From Tannockella kyphosi (GTDB lineage: Bacteria; Bacillota_I; Bacilli_A; Erysipelotrichales; Coprobacillaceae), in NCBI RefSeq assembly GCF_021054785.1, contig NZ_CP088239.1:1950001-1982000 (forward strand): a stretch of DNA of 32,000 nucleotides, read 5' to 3'. Shown piece after piece: positions 24,190-31,970 of this stretch; within the stretch, counting starts at the first letter, position 1, and the number at the start of each line of letters is the position of its first letter. The notes under the pieces are model-generated. The model was not told the DNA's origin. It did not search any database and saw nothing but the letters and a program-made list of their open reading frames with translations. The translations under genes were made by a program, and so were the position numbers.

Positions 24190-24639
24190 ATGAATTATAA
24201 AGTTGCATCACTAGATGATGTTGATTTACTTATTGACTTACGTATACAACAACTAATAGATGAAGGTAGTACTTATCAACCTATTGAAAGTCAATTAAAA
24301 GAATATTTTACATCTATATTACAAGCCAATAATCTTTATCAAATCATTGTCTATGACAATGAAAAAGCAATAGCTTGTGGTGGTTTTATTGTTTATGCAT
24401 TTCCTCCAGGATATAATAATCCTAGTGGGTTAAAAGCATATATTTGTAATGTTTATACTCATCAAGATTATCGCAGACAAGGGATTTGCAAGAATATTTT
24501 AGATAAGTTATGTTTAGAAATAAAAGATCGTGGTATTAAAAAAGTTTGGTTAAATGCTTCTACAAAAGGAATGCCTGTTTATTTTAAATATGGTTTTGTA
24601 GATAACCATGAATGGTTAGATTTTGAGATAGAACGATGA
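24190..24639 (+). CDS. GNAT family N-acetyltransferase
   Basis: 149 aa. The acetyl-CoA binding motif A reads QDYRRQGICKNIL (Q/RxxGxG/A-like). It starts 1 nt after the antiporter stop, and its SD GGGGGAG lies within the antiporter's 3' end. Confidence 0.8.
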   Translation: MNYKVASLDDVDLLIDLRIQQLIDEGSTYQPIESQLKEYFTSILQANNLYQIIVYDNEKAIACGGFIVYAFPPGYNNPSGLKAYICNVYTHQDYRRQGICKNILDKLCLEIKDRGIKKVWLNASTKGMPVYFKYGFVDNHEWLDFEIER

Positions 24640-25181
24640 GTCCTATTAATACTTATTCAGGAATTCTTTTTGACCCTTTGGACTGTAAAGATGAAGATAT
24701 TCAATTAGTAGATATTGCTCATGCATTATCTTTATTATGTCGGGGGAATGGTCATGTTTGTTTCTTTTATAGTGTTGGTCAACATTGTATTTATTGTTAC
24801 CATGAAGCAAAAAAGAGAAATTATTCGAACGCTGTTCAACTTGCATGTTTATTACATGACGCTAATGAAGCATATATTTCTGATTTACCACGACCTATTA
24901 AAAAAATAATACCGGAACATAAACAACTAGAAGATAAGTTACAAAATCAAATATTTAATAAATTTCTAACTAGATCATTAACTCTAGAAGAAAGTACTCA
25001 GGTTTTTGATATCGATGATACTGTATTATCTTATGAATTTGTTCATCTAATGCCTCAAATAAAAAACAATGAATATCCTAGTTTACTTCATAGAGAAGTA
25101 CTTTCTTTTCAACATCCTTTGGATGTTGAAAATGAATTTTTATCTATTGCTAGTGAATTATTAAAAAACACGCTTGATTAA
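24636..25181 (+). CDS. HD-domain phosphohydrolase-like protein
   Basis: 181 aa with H...HD...D spacing (IAHALSL, LLHDANEAYISD). It overlaps the GNAT stop in ATGA. The family assignment is from memory only. Confidence 0.55.
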   Translation: MSPINTYSGILFDPLDCKDEDIQLVDIAHALSLLCRGNGHVCFFYSVGQHCIYCYHEAKKRNYSNAVQLACLLHDANEAYISDLPRPIKKIIPEHKQLEDKLQNQIFNKFLTRSLTLEESTQVFDIDDTVLSYEFVHLMPQIKNNEYPSLLHREVLSFQHPLDVENEFLSIASELLKNTLD

Positions 25182-25195
25182 TCAAACGTGTTTTT
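25164..25195. terminator. Bidirectional terminator shared by the convergent HD and MATE genes
   Basis: AAAAACACG (25164-25172) pairs with CGTGTTTTT (25187-25195), and there is an inner TTGAT/ATCAA helix. The arms themselves supply the A and T runs. Both stop codons lie inside the hairpin. Confidence 0.7.
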
Positions 25196-26539
25196 ATTTA
25201 TATTTTTAATGGTTACAAAATAATAACATAATAAGACAAGCCATGTTGATATCCATGATATTGGATAAGATAAATATAAAGTATCCAATGTTGGTGATTG
25301 TGCAAATACAGTAAATATCCAAATAATTCTAAAACCACATATTCCCATTAAAGAGATAATCATTGGTCCCATAGATTTTCCTAATCCACGAAGCATACCT
25401 GAAGTAACATCCATTAAACCAAAGAAGAAGTAAAATGTTGCACACACGCTTAGACGTTTGATACCGATAGCTATTGCAGCAGTATCTGTTGTATATAAAC
25501 CAATAAATTGATTATCAAATAATAAGAATGTTCTACTAAAAATCATTGCTACTGCAAATACAAGTAAAGATCCACAAATCAAGTTCTTTCGAATACGATC
25601 ATAATTTTTAGCTCCTCTATTTTGTCCAGAGAAGGTGATTGCAGATTGTGTTACGCTAGTAGTTGCCGCATGCATAAACCCTTCTAAACTAGCAGAAGCT
25701 GCATTACCAGCCATTACAATAGAACCAAATCCATTGACAGATGATTGTATTACTACATTAGATAAAGAAAAACAAGAACTTTGAATACCTGCAGGAAGTC
25801 CAATACGAATAATTTGTAATGCTTGTGCTTTATGTATTTTTATCTTGTTCATTGTTAATTGCAAGGAACCTTCTTGATTTAATAAACATCTTAAAATTAA
25901 TATCACTGATACTGCTTGTGAAATAATAGTAGCCAGTGCAACACCTGCAACATCCATTTTAAAATTAATAACAAATACTAAATTCAAAACAACATTCACA
26001 ATTCCTGAAAACCCTAAGTATTGTAATGGTCTTTTTGTATCTCCTACTGCTCTTAAAATAGCAGCACTAAAGTTATATACTAAATTAAAAGGCATTCCAA
26101 CAAAGATAATACGCATATATGTTGTTGCTTGTACAATAACATCATCTGGTGTAGACATCCATTCTAATAAATAGGGACATGCAATATAACCAAAGACAAC
26201 TAAGAAAATCCCTCCAATAATTGCTAACGCTATTCCTGTATGTACTGTTTTTTGTACATTGGCATCATCTTTACGACCATAATAAGTAGCTGTTGTAACA
26301 CTAACCCCGATTGATAATCCAATAAAGATATTAATAATAAGGTTCGTTAAAGCTCCTGTAGATCCTACTGCAGATAATGCAGTAGTACCTGCATATCTTC
26401 CTACTACAATGACATCTACTGCATTATATAAAAGCTGTAAAACACCTGTAAACATCAAAGGAATAATGAATTTTATTTGTTTTGTTATGATAGACCCTGT
26501 TGTCATATCTATTTCATTCTTTTTTGTACTTGCTCCCAT
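25178..26539 (-). CDS. MATE family efflux transporter
   Basis: 12-TM protein with a typical MATE N-terminus (TGSIITKQIKFIIPLMFTGVLQLLYNAVDVIVVGR). I moved the start from 26584 to the ATG at 26539 (MGASTKK), because the TGTGCTATAAT extended -10 lies inside the longer ORF. Confidence 0.9.
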   Translation of the reverse strand: MGASTKKNEIDMTTGSIITKQIKFIIPLMFTGVLQLLYNAVDVIVVGRYAGTTALSAVGSTGALTNLIINIFIGLSIGVSVTTATYYGRKDDANVQKTVHTGIALAIIGGIFLVVFGYIACPYLLEWMSTPDDVIVQATTYMRIIFVGMPFNLVYNFSAAILRAVGDTKRPLQYLGFSGIVNVVLNLVFVINFKMDVAGVALATIISQAVSVILILRCLLNQEGSLQLTMNKIKIHKAQALQIIRIGLPAGIQSSCFSLSNVVIQSSVNGFGSIVMAGNAASASLEGFMHAATTSVTQSAITFSGQNRGAKNYDRIRKNLICGSLLVFAVAMIFSRTFLLFDNQFIGLYTTDTAAIAIGIKRLSVCATFYFFFGLMDVTSGMLRGLGKSMGPMIISLMGICGFRIIWIFTVFAQSPTLDTLYLSYPISWISTWLVLLCYYFVTIKNINKNTFD

Positions 26540-26572
26540 TTTTATCTCTTTTCCCCAATTTATAATACAAGG

Positions 26573-26581
26573 ATTATAGCA
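26573..26581 (-). promoter_or_regulatory. Candidate extended -10 (TGcTATAAT within TGTGCTATAAT) for the MATE gene
   Basis: It is the complement of 26573-26583 and lies 34 nt upstream of the ATG at 26539. Confidence 0.45.
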
Positions 26582-26651
26582 CAAAAATGATGAAGATAGT
26601 TATTTTTTTATATTGTGTAAACACATTCAAAAAATAATCCTTCTCTTTTCT

Positions 26652-26675
26652 AAAAAAAACTCCCCTAAGGAAGTC
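26652..26675 (-). terminator. Terminator after the amine-dehydrogenase-like gene
   Basis: The minus strand reads ACTTCC-TTAG-GGGAGT (a 6-bp stem including one G:U) followed by T8. A second, AT-rich 10-bp perfect hairpin lies at 26712-26737. Confidence 0.7.
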
Positions 26676-26747
26676 TAATTATTTAATTCATCTTTCATCA
26701 ATAGCTTTGTCTACTGTTTATCATGTTATAAACAGTAACTTATTTTA

Positions 26748-27779
26748 TTAACAATAGAAATGTAATGGATATGCTAAGTATCCTAACTCATCTAATTTTT
26801 CAACAGTAACAAATCCACAAGGTGCACTAATTACACTAGGAATACGATTTACAATCGTAGCACAAGTATGTTCTACAGTTGCTGGTTTTGATACGAAGAA
26901 TGTAGTATCAGGTTCTCCAATGATTTTCCAATCACACATGTCACCATCATCTGGTCCATATACTTTACCAATACATTGAGTAACAATTACAGGTCCTTGG
27001 AATGTTTCTGTTGTAACTACTGCAGACATACCAATACAGTTTCCTTTAGGAATTGTAGCACCTAAAGTTTCAGAATATAAATCAGTATCATAGAAATAAG
27101 GAACACATTTTTGTGTTTGTGATTTAATTGTCCACCCCATTTTATTACATAAAGCTTCATTAGAATTCCATACATAGCTTGGTTCTAATACTTCAGGATG
27201 AGCAATTGATTTTTCAAACTCTTCTGGTGTTAATCCAGCCCCATGTGCTTTTGCAAGAGCTAAACCATACTCTTCTACATTATAAGATGCTGCTCCTTCA
27301 ATACGTTCAATATGATGAACACCACCAGCTACTGCACCGATCATGTTAATCCAATACATATCTTGCATACCAGCACCACAAATAGTACATCCATTTTCTT
27401 TTGCAAGAACATCTAATTTGTTTGTAAGTTGAGAAGCTGTAGTCCATGGATAGATTGCTTCTTCACATGTCGTAATAACGTTGATTCCACGTTTTACACA
27501 AGCTTCAAAATGATCATAACAATCAGACATAAAACTAAATAGAGTCACAATAGCAACATCTGCATCGCAATTATCTAATACAGCATCTGCATCATCACTA
27601 ATTGTTACTCCTAATTTTACACCTAATTCAGCCCAATCACCTACATCCATTCCTACTACTTCTGGATTTACATCAATAGCACCTACAATTTCTGCACCTT
27701 TTTCATATAGATAACGAAGTGTATATTTTGACATCTTCCCACATCCATATTGTACTACTCTTACTTTTTCTTTGTTCAT
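26748..27779 (-). CDS. NAD(P)-dependent oxidoreductase of the DapB-N-like / 2,4-diaminopentanoate dehydrogenase (native amine dehydrogenase) type
   Basis: 343 aa with the N-terminal Rossmann motif [10 protein letters not shown]. The overall sequence resembles my recollection of the Ord/AmDH family; this is unverified. GGAGG lies 8 nt upstream of the ATG. Confidence 0.6.
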   Translation of the reverse strand: MNKEKVRVVQYGCGKMSKYTLRYLYEKGAEIVGAIDVNPEVVGMDVGDWAELGVKLGVTISDDADAVLDNCDADVAIVTLFSFMSDCYDHFEACVKRGINVITTCEEAIYPWTTASQLTNKLDVLAKENGCTICGAGMQDMYWINMIGAVAGGVHHIERIEGAASYNVEEYGLALAKAHGAGLTPEEFEKSIAHPEVLEPSYVWNSNEALCNKMGWTIKSQTQKCVPYFYDTDLYSETLGATIPKGNCIGMSAVVTTETFQGPVIVTQCIGKVYGPDDGDMCDWKIIGEPDTTFFVSKPATVEHTCATIVNRIPSVISAPCGFVTVEKLDELGYLAYPLHFYC

Positions 27780-27807
27780 TTGTCATTCCTCCTTGACTTA
27801 TACTACA

Positions 27808-27838
27808 ACTATAAAGCTTATAGTTACAATAAGGTCAA
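27808..27838 (-). promoter_or_regulatory. MerR-type promoter candidate TTGACC-19nt-TATAGT upstream of 26748-27779
   Basis: -35 is the complement of 27833-27838 and -10 is the complement of 27808-27813, with a spacer of exactly 19 nt. The 8-3-8 dyad AACTATAA-AGC-TTATAGTT (27807-27825) overlaps the spacer and the -10. Confidence 0.5.
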
Positions 27839-27855
27839 GAACTTTGTGAATTTTT

Positions 27856-28677
27856 TTACAATTTGATTGGGATTTGTAATCTTAAATACATATTACGTTT
27901 ATAATCATCAAATAATATCATATCATTAATTGTTTCACATAAATAATCTCCTACTATTTCATATCCTTGTTTCTCTATTTGTTCTAATAATAAAGAAGCA
28001 TATACTACTTCATTTTCAAAAGAATCACAATAAATACAAGCATACATATTGGCAGGTAACATTTCAACATTTGGATGAATTTTTTCATCCACTAATACAA
28101 ATAACTTTGTTGAATAAAATTCTTTGGTTAAAAAGTATTCTTTATCCATAATTGATCCAGGATTAAAATAAAAGGAAGGATCTATTCCTAATTTTGCTAT
28201 ATCTTCTTTAAATTGTCTTAAAATAGATTCATATGTATCTAAACCAAAATCATAAATATTTACTTTTTCATCAATTACTAATAATTTTCTTTTAGGAATA
28301 AATTCGACTGTTATTTGTCCTACTTTAGGTACTACTTTTAACATCTCTAAAGAATCTATTGTTCTAGTTATTGCTTTTGTTTGTGATTGTAATTGTTGTT
28401 GTAATAATTCAATACGTTGCTTTTCTTCTTCTAGTTTTCCTTGTAATAATTCAATATCTTTACAATCAAATACTTCTTTGATCTCTTTTAGAGTCATTCC
28501 TAAATTTTTTAAGTACTGAATTAAATCTAATCTAGCACACTGTGATAAATCATACATACGATAATTGTTTTCTTCTTTAACATACATTGGTTTAAATAAG
28601 CCAATTTTGTCATATAGACGTAATGTTTGTTGAGAAACATTATTTAATTTTGCCATCTTACCTATAGAATATTTCAT
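27856..28677 (-). CDS. MerR family transcriptional regulator with C-terminal GyrI-like effector-binding domain (BmrR-like)
   Basis: The N-terminal MerR HTH reads YSIGKMAKLNNVSQQTLRLYDKIGLFKP. It is followed by a coiled-coil (EEEKQRIELLQQQLQSQ) and then an about 160-aa GyrI-like domain. Confidence 0.9.
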   Translation of the reverse strand: MKYSIGKMAKLNNVSQQTLRLYDKIGLFKPMYVKEENNYRMYDLSQCARLDLIQYLKNLGMTLKEIKEVFDCKDIELLQGKLEEEKQRIELLQQQLQSQTKAITRTIDSLEMLKVVPKVGQITVEFIPKRKLLVIDEKVNIYDFGLDTYESILRQFKEDIAKLGIDPSFYFNPGSIMDKEYFLTKEFYSTKLFVLVDEKIHPNVEMLPANMYACIYCDSFENEVVYASLLLEQIEKQGYEIVGDYLCETINDMILFDDYKRNMYLRLQIPIKL

Positions 28678-28696
28678 TCAATCACCTCACTTAAAC

Positions 28697-28724
28697 ATTA
28701 TAGTAGCTATAATGTTTAATGCAA
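28697..28724 (-). promoter_or_regulatory. Candidate promoter TTGCAT-16nt-TATAAT of the merR-like gene
   Basis: -35 is the complement of 28719-28724 and -10 is the complement of 28697-28702. It is embedded in a 12-5-12 perfect inverted repeat (28691-28719). Confidence 0.5.
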
Positions 28725-28756
28725 TAAAAATAGCCCAAATAAAGAGCCTTTTTTGA

Positions 28757-28803
28757 TAAAAAAAGAGAAACAACAAGATAGTTACTATCTTTATCATTTC
28801 TCT
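28757..28803 (-). terminator. Terminator after nfnB
   Basis: The outer stem is AGAGAAA/TTTCTCT (28764-28770 / 28797-28803) and the inner stem is AAGATAG/CTATCTT. On the minus strand it is followed by T7. Confidence 0.7.
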
Positions 28804-28813
28804 AAAACAGGCA

Positions 28814-30199
28814 CTATTTACTTAATGCTTCATCAATCGCTTTAGCAGCAGTTTTTCCTGCTCCCATAGCAAGAATAACAGTAGCTGCTCCAGTAACAAC
28901 GTCACCACCAGCATAAACACCATCTACACTTGTTTTCATTGTATCTTCATTTACAATGATACCACCCCAAGATTCAGTATCTAAACCAGGAGTTGTTTGA
29001 CGAATTAATGGGTTTGGACTTTGTCCAATAGCAACAATTACTGTTCCTGTAGGAATTTTAAAGTTACTATCTTTTTTAACAACTGGTCTTCTTCTTCCAG
29101 ATTCATCTGGTTCTCCAAGTTCCATTTCCACACATTCCATTGATTCTACCCAACCATCATTTCCATAAATAGCAATTGGATTTGTTAATAGTTTAAAAAT
29201 AATTCCTTCTTCTTTAGCATGATGTACTTCTTCTTCTCTTGCAGGAACTTCTTTATCACTACGACGATATACAATATATACATCTTTTGCACCTAATCTT
29301 TTGGCAGTTCTAGCAGCATCCATTGCTACATTTCCTGCACCAATAACACATACACTTTCTGTGATTTTTACAGGTGTCGGATGTTCAGGGAATAAGTACC
29401 CTTTCATTAAGTTAACACGAGTTAAGAATTCGTTAGCAGCATATACTCCATTTAAACTTTCTCCTGGAATATTTTGGAATCTTGGTAAGCCTGCTCCACT
29501 ACCTACAAATATACCAACATATCCTTCTGCTTTTAATTCATCAATAGTAATAGAACGTCCTACTACTACATTTGTTTCTATTTTAACACCTAAGTCTGTT
29601 ACATTTTCTACTTCTTTTGCTACTAAAGATTTAGGTAAACGGAATTCAGGAATACCATAAGATAATACTCCTCCTGTTGTATGCAATGCTTCAAATACAG
29701 TTACATCATATCCTTTTTTAGCTAACTCTCCAGCACAAGTAATTCCAGCTGGTCCAGAACCAATAACTGCAATTTTCTTACCATTTGGAGTAATTTCAAC
29801 TTTTTTCTTTGTTCCATGTGCCATATGATAATCAGCTACGAATCTTTCTAAACGACCGATACCAACTGCTTCTCCTTTAATAGCACGAACACATTTCCCT
29901 TCACATTGGTTTTCTTGTGGACATACACGACCACAAACTGCAGGTAATGCATTTTCACTAGTAACAATATCATAAGCTTCTTCAAAATTACCAGCAGCTA
30001 CTGCTTGAATAAATTCAGGGATTGGTACTCCTACTGGACAACCTTTTTTACAAGGTTGATGTTTACAATTTAAACATCTTGTTGCTTCTTCTATTGCTTG
30101 TTCTGGAGTATATCCTAATGATACTTCTTCAAAGTTTTTATTTCTGATATTTGGATCTTGTTCAGGCATTTTTACCTTATCCATTGACATGTTTGGCAT
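28814..30199 (-). CDS. nfnB: NADH-dependent reduced ferredoxin:NADP+ oxidoreductase large subunit (GltD-like; also annotated as homotetrameric NADPH glutamate synthase)
   Basis: 461 aa. Two Cys clusters are present (CLNCKHQPCKKGCP and CGRVCPQENQCEGKC). The dinucleotide folds VIGSGPAG and VIGAGNVAMD are present. It is paired with an NfnA-like gene in a TAATG overlap. Confidence 0.85.
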   Translation of the reverse strand: MPNMSMDKVKMPEQDPNIRNKNFEEVSLGYTPEQAIEEATRCLNCKHQPCKKGCPVGVPIPEFIQAVAAGNFEEAYDIVTSENALPAVCGRVCPQENQCEGKCVRAIKGEAVGIGRLERFVADYHMAHGTKKKVEITPNGKKIAVIGSGPAGITCAGELAKKGYDVTVFEALHTTGGVLSYGIPEFRLPKSLVAKEVENVTDLGVKIETNVVVGRSITIDELKAEGYVGIFVGSGAGLPRFQNIPGESLNGVYAANEFLTRVNLMKGYLFPEHPTPVKITESVCVIGAGNVAMDAARTAKRLGAKDVYIVYRRSDKEVPAREEEVHHAKEEGIIFKLLTNPIAIYGNDGWVESMECVEMELGEPDESGRRRPVVKKDSNFKIPTGTVIVAIGQSPNPLIRQTTPGLDTESWGGIIVNEDTMKTSVDGVYAGGDVVTGAATVILAMGAGKTAAKAIDEALSK

Positions 30200-31026
30200 T
30201 ATCTTTTCACCCCCGTTAAATTACAAATGTGTCCTTCTTCATGTTTGAACATTTTTTGACGATTAGTTAATTCATCGAAATCAACTAGTAATCCATCAAA
30301 ATCTGGTCCATCTACACAAGCAAAACGAACTTTTCCATCTACTGTAACACGGCAACATCCACACATCCCTGTTCCATCAATCATGATTGGATTTAATGAT
30401 ACAGATGTTTTTAATTCTAATGGTTTTGTAACTCCAACAACTGCTTTCATCATTGGTACAGGACCAATAGCAATTACTTCATCATATACTTCCCCTTTTT
30501 CTAATAAATCGCTTAAGATAGTAGTAACAAATCCTTTTGTTCCTAAAGTTCCATCATCTGTAGCAATATATACGTTTTTACAGACATCTGCAAACTTATC
30601 AGCCCATAAAACATATTCAGCACTACGACCTCCTATGATAACATCACACTCTACGCCACTAGCAGCCAATGCAGCGATTTGTGGATATAATGGAGCACTT
30701 CCTACTCCACCAGCAACACCAATAACACGTTTTGTTTCATGGAATTCTGTTGGTACACCTAATGGTCCTACAAAATCCAATACAGAATCACCTTCATTTA
30801 ACTTTGCAAGTTCTTTTGTTGAATATCCAACAATTTGATAAATGATAGTGATTGTTTCTTCTTCACGATTGAAATCAGCAATAGTTAAAGGAATTCTTTC
30901 TCCTGCTTCATCCACTCTTAGAATAATGAATTGTCCTGCTTCGCATTTTTTAGCCACAAACGGAGCATGAACTTCCATTAATTCTACTACTTCATTCAAC
31001 TTCTCTTTTTTTACAATCTTGTACAT
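30199..31026 (-). CDS. nfnA: NfnA-like FAD/NAD-binding, 2Fe-2S subunit (sulfide/dihydroorotate dehydrogenase-like)
   Basis: 275 aa with an FNR-like fold (RIPLTIAD, GVAGGVGSAP) and a C-terminal Cys cluster GTGMCGCCRV...FACVDGP. GGAGG lies 6 nt upstream of the ATG. Confidence 0.85.
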   Translation of the reverse strand: MYKIVKKEKLNEVVELMEVHAPFVAKKCEAGQFIILRVDEAGERIPLTIADFNREEETITIIYQIVGYSTKELAKLNEGDSVLDFVGPLGVPTEFHETKRVIGVAGGVGSAPLYPQIAALAASGVECDVIIGGRSAEYVLWADKFADVCKNVYIATDDGTLGTKGFVTTILSDLLEKGEVYDEVIAIGPVPMMKAVVGVTKPLELKTSVSLNPIMIDGTGMCGCCRVTVDGKVRFACVDGPDFDGLLVDFDELTNRQKMFKHEEGHICNLTGVKR

Positions 31027-31062
31027 AAATACCCTCCTCTATCTATAGATACACATACATAT

Positions 31063-31091
31063 ATCTTAAGCTTTTCTTGTATAAAATACAA
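31063..31091 (-). promoter_or_regulatory. Candidate nfnAB promoter TTGTAT-17nt-TAAGAT
   Basis: -35 is the complement of 31086-31091 and -10 is the complement of 31063-31068. The -35 lies within the palindrome TTGTATAAAATACAA (31077-31091). Confidence 0.4.
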
Positions 31092-31116
31092 TTGTTTTTG
31101 CACAGATAGAAAAATA

Positions 31117-31145
31117 TTGCCTTCCAACAGTTTTGGTTTTATAAT
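31117..31145 (+). promoter_or_regulatory. Sigma-A-type promoter TTGCCT-17nt-TATAAT for the third HAD gene
   Basis: -35 at 31117-31122 and -10 at 31140-31145, 35 nt upstream of the ATG at 31181. The SD is GGGGAG. Confidence 0.55.
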
Positions 31146-31180
31146 ATTTCTATTAAAAGCATTCTTATGGGGAGAAATAA

Positions 31181-31969
31181 ATGGAAAATAAAAAAATACT
31201 CTTTTTTGATATTGATGGAACACTTACCGATGAACAAACTCATACTGTTCCAGATAGTTGTAAAGTAGCTTTATTAAAAGCAAAAGAAAAAGGCCATATT
31301 TTAATTGTTAATACTGGTAGACCTTTTTCTATTTTAGATAGTTATTTATTTGATTTAGGATTTGATGGATTTGTTTGTGGTTGTGGTACAAATATATATT
31401 TTAAAGATGAAGAATTATTTCATTTTACATTAACTTCTAAAAGATGTAAGGAGCTTGTTGAAAGTACTAGAAAATATAAGCTAGATGGTGTTTTTGAAGG
31501 AAGAAATATTATTTATTTTACTGATAATCATCGTATTGAAAAAGCAAAAATTATTTCTACTAGTTTACAATCAAGAGGTTTTAAAGTAGGTAATTTAGAA
31601 GATGAAATAATTGATTTTGATAAAGGAGTTGTCTTCTTTGATGAACAGTCAGATTATGAATCTTTTGCTAAAGAAGTAACTGATTTTGATTGTATTGAAA
31701 GAGGTCCAGGATTTAGAGAACTAGTTCCTGCTCCTTATAGTAAAGCAACAGGAATACAATTTATTGCGGATTACTTAGGTATCAGTGTTGATGATTGTTA
31801 TGTGTTTGGTGATAGTAACAATGACTTAGCTATGTTAAAGTATGTAAAGCATTCTGTTGTAATGGGGAATGCAGAAGATCCTAGTTTAAAAGAACTAGCT
31901 TATTTTGTTACAAAAGATATTAATGATGATGGTATTGCATATGCTTTAGAACAATTAAAGATTATATAA
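31181..31969 (+). CDS. Cof-type HAD-IIB family hydrolase
   Basis: DIDGTL (DxDxT), NTGRP and GDSNNDLAML motifs. 262 aa. Confidence 0.85.
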   Translation: MENKKILFFDIDGTLTDEQTHTVPDSCKVALLKAKEKGHILIVNTGRPFSILDSYLFDLGFDGFVCGCGTNIYFKDEELFHFTLTSKRCKELVESTRKYKLDGVFEGRNIIYFTDNHRIEKAKIISTSLQSRGFKVGNLEDEIIDFDKGVVFFDEQSDYESFAKEVTDFDCIERGPGFRELVPAPYSKATGIQFIADYLGISVDDCYVFGDSNNDLAMLKYVKHSVVMGNAEDPSLKELAYFVTKDINDDGIAYALEQLKII

Positions 31970-31970
31970 A

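Noticed and set aside
26614-26625. Palindrome TGTGT-AA-ACACA upstream of the MATE promoter as a CRP/FNR-like site.
   Set aside because: It has 5-bp arms with a 2-nt centre and does not fit TGTGA-N6-TCACA. It is short enough to be chance.
31077-31091. Rex or TnrA/GlnR operator at the nfnAB promoter.
   Set aside because: The spacing is wrong for Rex (TTGT-N7-ACAA against the expected TTGT-N10-ACAA). The TnrA pattern TGTNA-N7-TNACA is also not satisfied.
2255-31223. Seventeen shorter ORF-track entries: 2255-2548, 2794-2988, 6134-6403, 8462-8668, 12364-12552, 13680-13925, 17541-17801, 19744-19929, 21732-22016, 22737-22922, 24014-24211, 24646-24846, 24715-24909, 27930-28151, 29301-29660, 30383-30838 and 31011-31223.
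   Set aside because: Almost all of them lie within, or largely overlap, strongly supported genes with clear family motifs, mostly on the opposite strand; one (24715-24909) is an alternative frame on the same strand. The exception is 31011-31223, which mainly spans the nfnA/HAD intergenic region and only clips the ends of those two genes. Their translations are low-complexity (Leu/Ile/Phe/Ser-rich) with no recognisable motifs and no SD. This is typical of spurious open frames in AT-rich DNA.
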